Below are positions 28,023 to 38,135 of a stretch of DNA of 64,000 bases, in pieces. A program made the position numbers and the translations under genes. The first letter of the stretch is position 1. Every line of letters begins with the position of its first letter. Under the pieces are notes generated by a model, which saw only the letters and a list, made by a program, of their open reading frames with translations, did no database searches and was not told the origin of the DNA. The stretch covers positions 1,760,001-1,824,000 of the forward strand of contig OZ219866.1 in assembly GCA_964291675.2 (NCBI GenBank). The letters run 5' to 3'. This DNA comes from Alphaproteobacteria bacterium. GTDB taxonomy: Bacteria > Pseudomonadota > Alphaproteobacteria > MPNO01.

Positions 28023-30518
28023 CTAGAACCTTCTCAGCAGCCGGTCGATGTAGTCGAGCTCCGGCTGCGGCCGATAGCGCTGCCCCGCGCGGTGGCGGAG
28101 CTCCTCCAGAATGCGCTGGGCGCGTTCGATGGCGCTCTCGTCGGGAATATCCATGTCGCGGGTGTCGATCCCCATCTCGTTGGGCAGGAAACGGCCCAGG
28201 GGGTCGCGCCGCAGCTGCATGGGCCGGAAGTCGCGGTTCAGCCCTATCCCGGTCCCCCGGTCCATCTGCTGCATCATCTGTTGGACGATGCCCTGGCCGG
28301 CGCGCTGCAGCGCGTCGATGGCGCGGCCCTGGGGGGCCACCGAATCGCCGGGGGCGTTTCGGTCGAGCGCGCCCGCCGCGTCCCCCATGTTGCGATCCGC
28401 ATCGTCGAACGCCCGGCCGGGCGATTGCGGCCCCCCGCCCGGCTGCATCCCCATCCGGCGCAAGGCCTCGCGCAGCCGTTGCAGCGCCTCGCGGAGTTCG
28501 CGCTGGGTCATGGCGCCCTGCCGCGAGTTCCGCGGGTCGGGCCGCCCGCTCTGCGGCTGCGATTGACGAAAGCTCCGGTTCATCAACGCTTTCTGGCGTT
28601 CGATGAGCTCGCGCAGCTGTTGCAGCGCCTGATTGCCGGCCTGCGCCTGGGGGCTCATCTGCGGCATGCGGCCGGCGCGCAGATTCTCCAGCATGTTCTG
28701 CAATGCGGCCAGCATCTGCCGCGCGGCATCGCGCGCCCCCGAACGCATGAGGTCGCGGATCTGCTGCAGAACGCGCTGCAGGTCGGTGCTCTCCAGCAGG
28801 CGCTGGCTGGGGTCGAAGGGCAGCGCCTGCTGCCGGTCCGGAAGGTTGCGCATCTGCTGCGCGAGCTCGCGCAGGAACCGGTCCAGCGCGCGCTGGAGCT
28901 CGTCCATCAACCGTTCGAGCTCGGCGTCCGGCGCGTTCCGCGCCAGCGCCTCCATCAGGTCCTGCTGGGCCCGGCGCAAATTGCGCTCGGCAATGGAGAG
29001 CTCGCCGTCCTCGATACCCAGCGCGGTGTCCCACAAGATGTCCCTGACGCTGTCGAGCGCAGCGTCTCCCGGCTCGTAGACCAGCCGATGGTACGCCGCG
29101 GTCAGCGCGAGGAAGGTCGCCGTGCGGTCCTGATAGGCGCCCGGGCGGGCCGCGATGGCGCTGAGAGCCTGGGCGATCGCCTCCCTGCGTTCCGGCTCCG
29201 TGGTGAGGCGCTTGCGCTGCTCGATGACCTGCCGCGCGACCGGGTGGCGAAAGACCCGCTCGGGCAGCGTGAACCGGGCGTCCTCGCCGGTGGCCTCCTG
29301 CCCGGCGCCGTCGCGCGCGACGAGGCGGATGGCCACCGGCAACCCGGCCCAGCGATGCGGCGTGAGGTCGTGGTAGCTCGCCACCTCCGCGGTCTTCGCC
29401 CCGGGCCGGGGCAGGGCGAGCTCCAGCGTCTCGACCTCCTTGCCGATCACCGTCCCGCGCTCGTAGGTCCGGCGGATCTCCGCCCGGACGCGGTCCAGCC
29501 CGTAATCGTCGCTCGCCTTGTAGACCAGCGTCAGGGACTTGCGTTCGCTCGCGCCCGGCGGCTTGGCGAAGGCGATGGAGGGCGGCCGGTCCGGAACCAC
29601 CTCGATCTGCCAGTCGCCGAGAACCCGGCCGCCGCCTTCGACCGCCAGCCGGCCGGTCTCCACGATCGGCGCCGTGATCGACGCGTTTCCGGAATCGACC
29701 CGCTCGAACGCTGTGCGCGACTCGCCGAGGACCAGCGCCGCGCCGTCGGGCGCGTTGGCGAGCCGCGCGGTGAGCACGCTGCCGGCCGGAACCCGGATCG
29801 GTGGCGCGACGCCCGGCGCCGGGACCTCGTCGCCCGCCGCCGGGGCGGCGTCCGGAAGCCTGGGAAAGATCGGCGCTGCGCCGGTGTAGTCGGGCGGCGC
29901 GATCCAGACTTCGAGGACCGGTTCGGCGGCCGGCGCGCCATCCCACAGCGCCGGGCTCACCGCCTCGCCGAGGCGCTTGCCGGGCTCCGGCCACGCGGCG
30001 ACCGCCGCGATGACGACGAGGAGCGCCACGGCGAACCTGATCGCCATCGGATCGCGCGCGGCGACGCCCGGCCGGGGAAGCCCCAACCCGATGCGGCGGG
30101 CCGATCGCGCGACGCGCTCCCTGTGCTCCCGCCACAGCGCTTCCGCATCCGACCCGCCCACCCCCTCCGCGAGGCGGTCCTCGAGGGTCTGCAGCGGGCG
30201 GTGCGGGAACCCGTTGGCGCGTTCCAGCCGGCGCCGCGCCGTTTCGGTATCGGGGATCGCGAGGCCGCGGAGGCCGGTCCACAGCAGGACCAGAAATCCG
30301 CCGAGAAGCGCGCACAGCGCGAGCGCGTGCAGCCATCCCGGCAGCAGCGGCAAGACGCCGAACAACGCCAGCGCGAGGAACAGGACGACAACCGACAGCG
30401 CCGGCCAGAGGCCGCGCCAGAGCTGCTCCCAGACCATCGAGGCACGCGTGGCCAGGAGCTTGCCGCCGTAGCGCGGCGGTCTCGGTTCGCTCTCGATCGG
30501 TTCGCCCGGGCGGGTCAT
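28023..30518 (-). CDS. TIGR02302 / DUF4175 family protein
   Basis: WIAPPDYTG, DDYGL, DLTPHRWAG, LWDTALGIEDG, RDPLGR, ELDYIDRLL; downstream of lysA as usual in Alphaproteobacteria. Confidence 0.9.
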   Translation of the reverse strand: MTRPGEPIESEPRPPRYGGKLLATRASMVWEQLWRGLWPALSVVVLFLALALFGVLPLLPGWLHALALCALLGGFLVLLWTGLRGLAIPDTETARRRLERANGFPHRPLQTLEDRLAEGVGGSDAEALWREHRERVARSARRIGLGLPRPGVAARDPMAIRFAVALLVVIAAVAAWPEPGKRLGEAVSPALWDGAPAAEPVLEVWIAPPDYTGAAPIFPRLPDAAPAAGDEVPAPGVAPPIRVPAGSVLTARLANAPDGAALVLGESRTAFERVDSGNASITAPIVETGRLAVEGGGRVLGDWQIEVVPDRPPSIAFAKPPGASERKSLTLVYKASDDYGLDRVRAEIRRTYERGTVIGKEVETLELALPRPGAKTAEVASYHDLTPHRWAGLPVAIRLVARDGAGQEATGEDARFTLPERVFRHPVARQVIEQRKRLTTEPERREAIAQALSAIAARPGAYQDRTATFLALTAAYHRLVYEPGDAALDSVRDILWDTALGIEDGELSIAERNLRRAQQDLMEALARNAPDAELERLMDELQRALDRFLRELAQQMRNLPDRQQALPFDPSQRLLESTDLQRVLQQIRDLMRSGARDAARQMLAALQNMLENLRAGRMPQMSPQAQAGNQALQQLRELIERQKALMNRSFRQSQPQSGRPDPRNSRQGAMTQRELREALQRLREALRRMGMQPGGGPQSPGRAFDDADRNMGDAAGALDRNAPGDSVAPQGRAIDALQRAGQGIVQQMMQQMDRGTGIGLNRDFRPMQLRRDPLGRFLPNEMGIDTRDMDIPDESAIERAQRILEELRHRAGQRYRPQPELDYIDRLLRRF

Positions 30519-30544
30519 CGCAACTTGAGCCCTTCTCCCACCCC

Positions 30545-31807
30545 CTATTCAAGCCAGCAGGGCAGGCGGTCGAGCGCCTGGAACGTCGCCGGATCCTGAA
30601 ACGGCCGGATCTCGGCATGCGCGCCGTTATGGACCATAACCTCTCCGACGAGGCCGCGGCCATTGTAAAACGACGCCATCACCGCGCCATAGGCGCCGGC
30701 GCCGGCGATCGCGACCAGATCGCCCTCTTCCAAGATGGGCAGTTCCGCCCCCCGGGCAAGCCAGTCGCCGGTCTCGCAGACCGGGCCCACCACGTCCACG
30801 GGGCGGGTTTCCCGCCCCGCCGCCGGTTGCGCCACCGGGAGGACGGCATGCGCGGCGCCATACAGGGTGGGGCGCAGCAGGTCGTTCATCGCCGCATCGA
30901 CGATGACGAAGCGCCGGACCGGCGTTTCCTTCGTATAGAGCACCCTGCTCAACAGCACCCCGGCATTGCCCACCAGGCGCCGGCCCGGCTCGACGGTAAT
31001 CTCGCAGCCCAGCCCGCCGACGGTGCGCCGCACGATGTCGGCGAAACCGGCGAGGCTGGGCGCGGTCTCGTCGGTATAGGCGATGCCGAGCCCGCCGCCG
31101 AGGTCCAGGCGCTCGACCGCGAGACCCGCGCGGCGCAGCTCCCGCACGCAATCGGCGAGCACGGCGAAGGCGCTCTCGAAAGACGAGAGGTCGAGGATCT
31201 GCGAGCCGATATGGGCGGCAAGCCCGACCATGCGGAGTCCCGCCGCCCTCGACCCGAGCTCGTAGACCCGTGCCGCGTCCCGGATCGGAACGCCGAATTT
31301 GTGCTCGTAGCTGCCGGTCGCGATCCGGTCCGCCGTATCGACCGCAACATCCGGGTTGACGCGGATCGCCGTGTCCGCGCGCAGGCCGAGAGTCGCGGCG
31401 GTTTCCCCCAGCAGGGCCAGCTCCGCCTCGGATTCCACGTTGAACTGGCCGATCCCGGCCTTCAGCGCCTGCGCGATCTCATCCCGCGTCTTGCCCACGC
31501 CGGAAAACACGATCCCGGTCGGGCGGATGCCGGCGGCGATCGCGCGCGCAAGCTCCCCGCCGGAGACCACGTCGGCCCCGGCGCCGAGCCGGGCAAGGGC
31601 CCGGATCACGGCGACGTTGCCGTTGGCCTTCACCGCGTAGCAGATCCGGGCGCCGAGGCCATCGAGCGCGGCGGCGAGCTCGCGGTACTCGTCCTCCATC
31701 GCGGCCTGGGAATAGACATAGACCGGCGTGCCGTAGGCCTCGGCGAGGGTTTCGAGGGAGACGCCCTCGGCGCACAGGCATCCGTCGCGATAGGCGAAGG
31801 CGTTCAT
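30545..31807 (-). CDS. lysA: Diaminopimelate decarboxylase
   Basis: YGTPVYVYS, YAVKAN, DVVSGGE, KFG, HIGSQI, DLGGGLG, EPGR, GPVCETGD, AGAYG. Confidence 0.96.
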   Translation of the reverse strand: MNAFAYRDGCLCAEGVSLETLAEAYGTPVYVYSQAAMEDEYRELAAALDGLGARICYAVKANGNVAVIRALARLGAGADVVSGGELARAIAAGIRPTGIVFSGVGKTRDEIAQALKAGIGQFNVESEAELALLGETAATLGLRADTAIRVNPDVAVDTADRIATGSYEHKFGVPIRDAARVYELGSRAAGLRMVGLAAHIGSQILDLSSFESAFAVLADCVRELRRAGLAVERLDLGGGLGIAYTDETAPSLAGFADIVRRTVGGLGCEITVEPGRRLVGNAGVLLSRVLYTKETPVRRFVIVDAAMNDLLRPTLYGAAHAVLPVAQPAAGRETRPVDVVGPVCETGDWLARGAELPILEEGDLVAIAGAGAYGAVMASFYNGRGLVGEVMVHNGAHAEIRPFQDPATFQALDRLPCWLE

Positions 31808-31953
31808 TGCGGCGGCGGGCCGGAGGGATATTTTCGCGGGAACGAATCTTTCCGGTCTTCCGGCAGCTCCGGATCGCCCTTCCTGCCGCAAGCGGCGAGG
31901 AGGCAGGGCGACAACGCCCCGGCCAGGAACAGGAGGGCGCGGCGCCGGCTCAC
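31804..31953 (-). CDS. lptM: Small lipoprotein (LptM/YifL/LppL-like)
   Basis: GTG at 31953; lipobox LAAC followed by GRKGDPELP; sits between argH and lysA with 4-nt overlaps. Confidence 0.75.
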   Translation of the reverse strand: MSRRRALLFLAGALSPCLLAACGRKGDPELPEDRKDSFPRKYPSGPPPQ

Positions 31954-33368
31954 AGGAAGCGCTCCCGCGCGCCCCGCACGGCCTCCAGTACCCGCCCCGG
32001 CGCGGTGCCGCCGTAGCTGTCGCGCGCCGCGACCGCGCGGTCGACCCGGAGCACGTCGTAGACCTCCTCCGTCAGCCCCGGCTCTATCCTTCTCAATGTC
32101 TCGATGGGCAGCCCGGAGAGGTCGCAGCCGGCTTCCTCGGCGCATCTCACCAGCGCGCCGGTGATCCGGTGCGCCTCGCGAAACGGCATGTCGCGTTCGC
32201 ACACCAGCCAGTCGGCGAGGTCCGTCGCGGTGACGAAACCCCGCTCCGCCGCGCTGCGCATCGCGCCGGCGTCGAACTCGGCATCGCGCATCATCCCGGT
32301 CATCGCCGAGATCGCGAGGCCCAGCGTATCGGCCGCGTCGAACAGCGGCTCCTTGTCCTCCTGCATGTCTTTCGAATAGGCGAGCGGCAGCCCCTTCATG
32401 ACCACCAGCAGGGAGGCGAGCGCGCCGACGATGCGGCCGGTCTTGGCGCGCACCAGCTCGGCCGCATCGGGGTTGCGCTTTTGCGGCATGATCGACGAGC
32501 CCGTGGTGAAGCCGTCGCTCAGCCGGGCGAAACCGAACTGTGCCGAGCACCAGAGCACCAGCTCCTCGCCGAGCCGCGACAAATGAGACGCGGCGATCGC
32601 CGCGGTGGCCAGGAATTCGAGCACGAAATCGCGATCCGAGACCGCGTCCAGCGCGTTCGCCGCCGGCCGGTCGAAGCCGAGCGAAGCCGCCGTCCTGTCC
32701 CGGTCGATCGGGTAGGGCGTGCCGGCGAGTGCCGCGGCGCCGAGCGGGGACTCGTTCAACCGTCTGCGCGCATCCGCCAGCCGCCCGCGATCGCGCCCGA
32801 ACATCTCGACATAGGCGAGCAGGTGATGGCCGAGGGTGATCGGCTGCGCCGCCTGGAGATGGGTGAACCCCGGCATCACGCTGGATGCGTGCTGTTCCGC
32901 CCGGTCGATCAGCACGGCCTGCAGCCCGCGCAGCGCGTGCTGTGCCGCGTCGATGGTGTCGCGCAGCCACAGCCTGAGGTCGGTCGCCACCTGGTCGTTG
33001 CGGGAACGCGCGGTGTGCAGGCGTCCGGCGGCCGGGCCGATCAGCTCGGCCAGCCGGGCCTCGACATTCATGTGAATGTCCTCGCGGCGGCGCGAGAACG
33101 CGAACTTGCCGGCGTCGATCTCGTCCATGATCCGGTCGAGCCCCGAGAGCATGGCGTCGCCATCCGCCTCGCTCACGATCCCGCAGGCGACCAGCATCTC
33201 GCAATGCGCTTTCGAGGCCCCTATATCATGCGCGTAGAGCCGCTTGTCGAAGTCGATGGAGGCGTTGATCCGCTCCATGACCTCGCTGGGTTCGGCCCCG
33301 AAACGGCCGCCCCAGAGCGCCGACGAGCCCGGAGGGACGGATTTCGGATGGGATGGGGTGTCGTTCAT
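31950..33368 (-). CDS. argH: Argininosuccinate lyase
   Basis: [58 protein letters not shown]. Confidence 0.98.
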   Translation of the reverse strand: MNDTPSHPKSVPPGSSALWGGRFGAEPSEVMERINASIDFDKRLYAHDIGASKAHCEMLVACGIVSEADGDAMLSGLDRIMDEIDAGKFAFSRRREDIHMNVEARLAELIGPAAGRLHTARSRNDQVATDLRLWLRDTIDAAQHALRGLQAVLIDRAEQHASSVMPGFTHLQAAQPITLGHHLLAYVEMFGRDRGRLADARRRLNESPLGAAALAGTPYPIDRDRTAASLGFDRPAANALDAVSDRDFVLEFLATAAIAASHLSRLGEELVLWCSAQFGFARLSDGFTTGSSIMPQKRNPDAAELVRAKTGRIVGALASLLVVMKGLPLAYSKDMQEDKEPLFDAADTLGLAISAMTGMMRDAEFDAGAMRSAAERGFVTATDLADWLVCERDMPFREAHRITGALVRCAEEAGCDLSGLPIETLRRIEPGLTEEVYDVLRVDRAVAARDSYGGTAPGRVLEAVRGARERFL

Positions 33369-33383
33369 CGGTCTTCGGGACTC

Positions 33384-33935
33384 ATGGGGCGGCGCGCGTT
33401 CGGCGCCACGCTGTCGATCGCGGCGTTCGCCTGGTTGCTCCTCCCGGCGGACGCCGCGGCAACGCCGCCCCGCACCGGCTGGATGCAGAACTTTACCGTC
33501 GCCGAGACCGGCCCGCCAGCGCCGGCCACGGCATTCACCGGCCGGAACGGCGAGAGCTATACGCTGGAAGAGTTCCGCGGCAAAGTGGTTCTGGTGAATT
33601 TCTGGGCCACCTGGTGCGGTCCCTGCGTCCGCGAGCTGCCCTCGCTCAAGCGCCTGAACGCCCGCCTCGGCGGAGACCGGTTCGCCGTTCTCGCGCTATC
33701 CCAGGACCTCGGCGGCTGGGCCCGGATCGCGCCGTTCTGGCAAAAGCACGGGCTCGACGGGCTGACGGCGTACCACGATCCCAAGGCGCGCGCCGCCCGC
33801 GCCGCGAAAATCCGCGGACTGCCGACGACGGTGCTGTACGGCCGCGACGGGCGCGAGCTCGGCCGGCTTGTCGGCCACGCCGAGTGGGATTCGGACGAAG
33901 CCCTGGCGCTATTGCGGCACTATATCGAGGGCTAG
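33384..33935 (+). CDS. tlpA: TlpA family thiol:disulfide reductase
   Basis: [35 protein letters not shown]; N-terminal signal/TM segment. Confidence 0.92.
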   Translation: MGRRAFGATLSIAAFAWLLLPADAAATPPRTGWMQNFTVAETGPPAPATAFTGRNGESYTLEEFRGKVVLVNFWATWCGPCVRELPSLKRLNARLGGDRFAVLALSQDLGGWARIAPFWQKHGLDGLTAYHDPKARAARAAKIRGLPTTVLYGRDGRELGRLVGHAEWDSDEALALLRHYIEG

Positions 33936-34759
33936 ACGCGCCACTCCGCCAGGCAGCAGCCGATCAGCGCCTCCGGCATCGGGATGTAGTCGACCATGTC
34001 GAAGCCCTTGCTGCCGGCGGCGGCGTGCGAGACCACCCAGGCGCGCAGCTCCGCCCCGCCATTGCCGGTGTGTTCCAGCATCGCGTCGAGCTCGGCGGCC
34101 AGCCGTTCGTCCGGGGCGTTGCGGAACAGATCGATGCAGGCATGGTCGAACCTCTCGTCGATCCACCCCATGGTGGTCTCGCCGATCGAATGGCTGAGCC
34201 CCCCGGTGCCGAGCACCGCGACCCTTATGTCTTCCGGATAGCTCTCGATCGCCCGGCGCACCATCCGGCCCCAGGCGAGGCAGCGCCGGGGCGAAGGGAA
34301 GGGCTTCTCCACCAGGTTGATGAAGACCGGCACGATGGGCAGCCCGGGATCGAGGCCGAACTGCCAGATCGGCACGCACATGCCGTGATCGAGCTTGAGG
34401 CGCAGCGAATAGGCGGGGTCGAAATCGGCGGCGAAGGCCTCTTCCAGAATGTGACGGCCGAGCCCCTCGTGCCCGGGCAGGGTCTCGTGCGGATAGACCG
34501 GCTTCATGAACGGTTCCGGCGGCCCTTCGTGCTCGGCGCCGATGCCGACGCAGAACGCGGGCATCGCGTCGAGGAAGAAATTGACCCAGTGATCGGTCGA
34601 ATGGATCACCAGCACATCGGGTCTCGCCGCCTTGAGGCGGTCGCCGAGATCGCCGAAGCGGGTTACCACCCAGTCCCGCGTCTCGTGTTTCAGGGTATCC
34701 CAGTTGCGCGCGATGTTGGGCCCGTGCGAGGCCGCGAAGCTGCCGACGAACTCAGCCAT
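33932..34759 (-). CDS. Class III extradiol ring-cleavage dioxygenase, LigB-like beta subunit
   Basis: AASHGP, TDHWVNF, LDHG, GTGGLSH, GNGGAELRAW (Fe ligands and catalytic His). Confidence 0.88.
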   Translation of the reverse strand: MAEFVGSFAASHGPNIARNWDTLKHETRDWVVTRFGDLGDRLKAARPDVLVIHSTDHWVNFFLDAMPAFCVGIGAEHEGPPEPFMKPVYPHETLPGHEGLGRHILEEAFAADFDPAYSLRLKLDHGMCVPIWQFGLDPGLPIVPVFINLVEKPFPSPRRCLAWGRMVRRAIESYPEDIRVAVLGTGGLSHSIGETTMGWIDERFDHACIDLFRNAPDERLAAELDAMLEHTGNGGAELRAWVVSHAAAGSKGFDMVDYIPMPEALIGCCLAEWRV

Positions 34760-35033
34760 TTGCCACCCTCCGCTCGTCCTCGTCGGTACGGAGCGCGCTC
34801 AGCGCCTCGATCGACCCCGCGTCGTCATAGCCGCAGATCAGCAGGTAGAACCGCAGCAGATAGGGGTTGGCGTGCGGCTGGATCTTCGCCAGGTCGTCGT
34901 CCATCAGGGCCTGGCGCATCTCCGGCGCGAACGGGTAGCCGTCCAGCACCGCCGCGCGGTCGTCGCGCCAGCGCTCCTTCCCGCCCGGACCCTGAAGGTC
35001 GAACATCAGCTTGTTGAGCCAATAGTCGGTCAT
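34752..35033 (-). CDS. LigA-like small alpha subunit of extradiol dioxygenase
   Basis: YWLNKLMFDL...ERW..D..AVLDGY...ANPYLL; GGAGG RBS; overlaps the LigB-like gene. Confidence 0.72.
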   Translation of the reverse strand: MTDYWLNKLMFDLQGPGGKERWRDDRAAVLDGYPFAPEMRQALMDDDLAKIQPHANPYLLRFYLLICGYDDAGSIEALSALRTDEDERRVANG

Positions 35034-35112
35034 CGCGGCCTCCGCGTCGCGCTCATCGTCGCATGCGCCGGATTGTAGACCCCGCGGGCGGCGATGCCGA
35101 CCGCAAAACGAC

Positions 35113-36027
35113 TCAACGGGTGGGCGTCGGGGTATCGCCCGAATAGTCGTAGAAACCGCGACCCGTCTTGCGGCCGAGCCAGCCCGCCTCGACGTATTTC
35201 ACCAGCAGCGGGCAGGGCCGGTACTTGGTGTCGGCGAGGCCCTCGTAGAGCACCTGCATCACCGCGAGGCAGGTGTCGAGGCCGATGAAGTCGGCGAGCT
35301 GCAGGGGTCCCATCGGATGGTTGGCGCCGAGCCGCATGGCGTTGTCGATCGCTTCCACGGAGCCCACGCCCTCGTGCAGGGTGTACACCGCCTCGTTGAG
35401 CATCGGCAGCAGGATGCGGTTGACGATGAAGGCGGGGAAGTCCTCGGAATTGACCGGCGTCTTGCCGAGCGCGAAGGTGAGCGCCTCGATCGCCTCGAAG
35501 GTCTCCCGCGCGGTGGCGATGCCCGGGATCAGCTCGACGAGCTGCATCGCCGGCACCGGGTTCATGAAGTGCATCCCCATGAACCGCGCCGGCCGGTCGG
35601 TCGCGGCGCCGAGACGGGTGATCGAGATCGACGAGGTGTTGGAGGCGATGATCGCATCGTCCCCGATCTCGGCGACGACGCGCTTGTAGATCTCCCGCTT
35701 GACCTCCTCGTTCTCGGTCGCCGCCTCGATGATCAGGTCGCAATCGGCGAACAGGCTGTATCCGGACCCGGTCTCGATCCGCGCCAGCGCCTCGGCCTTC
35801 TGGTCCCCGGTCATGCGGTTGCGGCGGACCTGGCGATCGTAGTTGGCCGCGATCGCGTCCAGCGCCTTGTCCACCTGGTCCTTCGAAATGTCGCCCAGCA
35901 CGACATCGAAGCCATGCGCCGCGCAGACATTGGCGATACCGCTGCCCATCTGGCCGGCGCCGATGACGCCCACCTTGCGAATCGGAACCGCGTCGATCGA
36001 CGCGGGGCTCGCCGCGGCCGCGCTCAT
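35113..36027 (-). CDS. hbd: 3-hydroxybutyryl-CoA dehydrogenase
   Basis: GVIGAGQMGSGIA, IEAATE, SNTSSISIT, GMHFMNP, GANHPMGPL, GWLGRKTGRGFYDY. Confidence 0.96.
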   Translation of the reverse strand: MSAAAASPASIDAVPIRKVGVIGAGQMGSGIANVCAAHGFDVVLGDISKDQVDKALDAIAANYDRQVRRNRMTGDQKAEALARIETGSGYSLFADCDLIIEAATENEEVKREIYKRVVAEIGDDAIIASNTSSISITRLGAATDRPARFMGMHFMNPVPAMQLVELIPGIATARETFEAIEALTFALGKTPVNSEDFPAFIVNRILLPMLNEAVYTLHEGVGSVEAIDNAMRLGANHPMGPLQLADFIGLDTCLAVMQVLYEGLADTKYRPCPLLVKYVEAGWLGRKTGRGFYDYSGDTPTPTR

Positions 36028-36974
36028 CGCGGCTTGACCCCGGCCTTGTCCAACGCCTCGGCGAGCGCCGGCAGCGCCTTGAACAGATCGTCGACCAGGC
36101 CGTAATCGGCGATCTGGACCATCGGCGCCTCCTCGTCCTTGTTGATGGCGACGATGACCTTGCTGTCCTTCATGCCGGCCAGATGCTGGATCGCGCCCGA
36201 GATGCCGACCGCGATGTAGAGCTCGGGCGCCACCACCTTGCCGGTCTGGCCGACCTGGAAGTCGTTCGGCCGGTAGCCCGCATCCACCGCCGCCCGCGAC
36301 GCGCCCACCGCGGCGCCGAGCCGGTCGGCGATGCCCTCCACCAGATGAAAGTTCTCCGAGGACTGCATGCCGCGCCCGCCGGAGACCACGACCCGGGCGC
36401 TGGTGAGCTCGGGGCGCTCGGACTTGGAAAGCTCCTGGCGCAGGAACTTCGACAGCGCCTGCCCCTCGGCCGGGGCCACGGGTTCGACCGCCGCGTCGCC
36501 GTCCAGCGCGGCCGCGGCGAAGGCGGTGCCGCGGACGGTGATCACCTTGATCGGGTCGCGCGAGCGCACCGTCGCCATCGCGTTGCCGGCATAGATCGGG
36601 CGCACGAAGGTGTCCGCCCCAAGCACCTCGACGATGTCGGAGATCTGGGCCACGTCGAGCAGCGCGGCGACCCTCGGGGCGAGGTTCTTGCCGGTGGTGT
36701 TGGCCGGGAACAGGATCTCGGAATACTCGCCGGCGAGAGCGACCACCAGCGGGGCCACCGCCTCGGCGAGCAGGTGATCGTAGGCCGCGTCGTCGGCGTG
36801 GCGGACGCGGGCGATGCCGGCGATCTTCGCCGCCTGCCGGGCGACCGGGGCGGTTCCGCCGCCCGCCACCAGGACGTCGACCGCGCCGTCGAACGCGGCT
36901 GCGGCGGTCGCCGCATTCAGCGTCGCCGGGTCGAGCGCCGCGCCGTCATGCGCGGCGATGACAAGGGCCGCCAT
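36024..36974 (-). CDS. etfA: Electron transfer flavoprotein subunit alpha
   Basis: [44 protein letters not shown]. Confidence 0.97.
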   Translation of the reverse strand: MAALVIAAHDGAALDPATLNAATAAAAFDGAVDVLVAGGGTAPVARQAAKIAGIARVRHADDAAYDHLLAEAVAPLVVALAGEYSEILFPANTTGKNLAPRVAALLDVAQISDIVEVLGADTFVRPIYAGNAMATVRSRDPIKVITVRGTAFAAAALDGDAAVEPVAPAEGQALSKFLRQELSKSERPELTSARVVVSGGRGMQSSENFHLVEGIADRLGAAVGASRAAVDAGYRPNDFQVGQTGKVVAPELYIAVGISGAIQHLAGMKDSKVIVAINKDEEAPMVQIADYGLVDDLFKALPALAEALDKAGVKPR

Positions 36975-37723
36975 CAGATCACCCCCGCCTCGTTCTTGAG
37001 CTTGTCGACCAGCTCCTCCACGTCGGCGACCCGCCTGCCGCCGGCCCGGCCCGGGGGGTCCTCCACCTTCAGCGTTTCCAGCCGGGGCGCCACGTCGACC
37101 CCGAGCTCGTCCACGGCGATCTGGTCGATCGGCTTCTTCTTGGCCTTCATGATATTGGGCAGCGATGCGTAGCGCGGCTCGTTGAGCCGGAGGTCGGTGG
37201 TGACCACCGCCGGAACGGCGAGCCCCACCGTCTCCAGCCCGCCATCGACCTCGCGCGTCACCTCGGCGCCCTCGCCGGTCAGCACGATGTCGGACGCGAA
37301 GGTGCCCTGCGGCCAGCCGAGCAGGGCTGCCAGCATCTGGCCGGTCTGGTTGCTGTCGTCGTCGATCGCCTGCTTGCCGAGGATCACCAGCTCCGGGCTC
37401 TCGCGCTCGACCAGCGCCCTGAACAGCTTGGCGACGGCGAGCGGCTGCAGCTCCTCGTCGGTGATCACATGGATGCCGCGGTCCGCCCCCATGGCGAGCG
37501 CGGTGCGGATGGTCTCCTGGCACTGCCGCACGCCCATCGAGACCGCGACGATCTCATCCGCCGTGCCCGCCTCCTTCATGCGGATCGCCTCCTCGACGGC
37601 GATCTCGTCGAACGGGTTCATCGACATCTTGACATTGGCCGTCTCGACGCCGGTCCCGTCGGCCCTGACGCGGACCTTGACGTTGTAGTCGACGACCCGT
37701 TTGACACCGACAAGTACCTTCAT
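36974..37723 (-). CDS. etfB: Electron transfer flavoprotein subunit beta
   Basis: [58 protein letters not shown]. Confidence 0.97.
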   Translation of the reverse strand: MKVLVGVKRVVDYNVKVRVRADGTGVETANVKMSMNPFDEIAVEEAIRMKEAGTADEIVAVSMGVRQCQETIRTALAMGADRGIHVITDEELQPLAVAKLFRALVERESPELVILGKQAIDDDSNQTGQMLAALLGWPQGTFASDIVLTGEGAEVTREVDGGLETVGLAVPAVVTTDLRLNEPRYASLPNIMKAKKKPIDQIAVDELGVDVAPRLETLKVEDPPGRAGGRRVADVEELVDKLKNEAGVI

Positions 37724-37816
37724 GGAAGGGCTTTCCCGAATCCTGAGAGGGTCATGGAGAGAACGCCGCGGCGGCGTCCGAGGCCGTCCAACCATCGGCT
37801 TCCCACCGAGGCGCCG

Positions 37817-37846
37817 AACATAGTGTCCGGCGGTTCAAACTGTCAA
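37817..37846 (-). promoter_or_regulatory. Putative sigma70 promoter of etfB-etfA-hbd
   Basis: Minus-strand TTGACA-N18-TATGTT, about 95 nt upstream of etfB. Confidence 0.6.
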
Positions 37847-37863
37847 CGAACCGCGCCGCAGGC

Positions 37864-38061
37864 TCACTCCCGGCCGAACAGCACGGCGAGAGCCACCAGG
37901 GCGATGGCGCCGAATTGCAGGATCACCCGGGCCTGCATGAACCTGTTGCCGTATTTTCGGTTGAACTCGCCGCCGCGCGCCATGCTGATCAGGCCCATGG
38001 CGAGGACGCCCAGCACGGCGGCGAGGGCGACGGCGATCAGGACCGAGCCGGTGGTCGTCAT
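37864..38061 (-). CDS. Twin transmembrane helix small protein (HIG1 domain)
   Basis: VLAMGLISMARGGEFNRKYGNRFMQARVILQ. Confidence 0.88.
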   Translation of the reverse strand: MTTTGSVLIAVALAAVLGVLAMGLISMARGGEFNRKYGNRFMQARVILQFGAIALVALAVLFGRE

Positions 38062-38135
38062 GGCCGAGATATACGGGCCACGGCGCAGGCCCGCCAGCGA
38101 ATTCGAGCACCTGCCCGCCATGCTATAAGGCGGCC

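Noticed and set aside
27394-30663. Long Arg/Ala/Gly-rich ORFs over the TIGR02302 gene
   Set aside because: Alternative-frame artefacts; the Gln/Met-rich tail of the real protein is normal for that family
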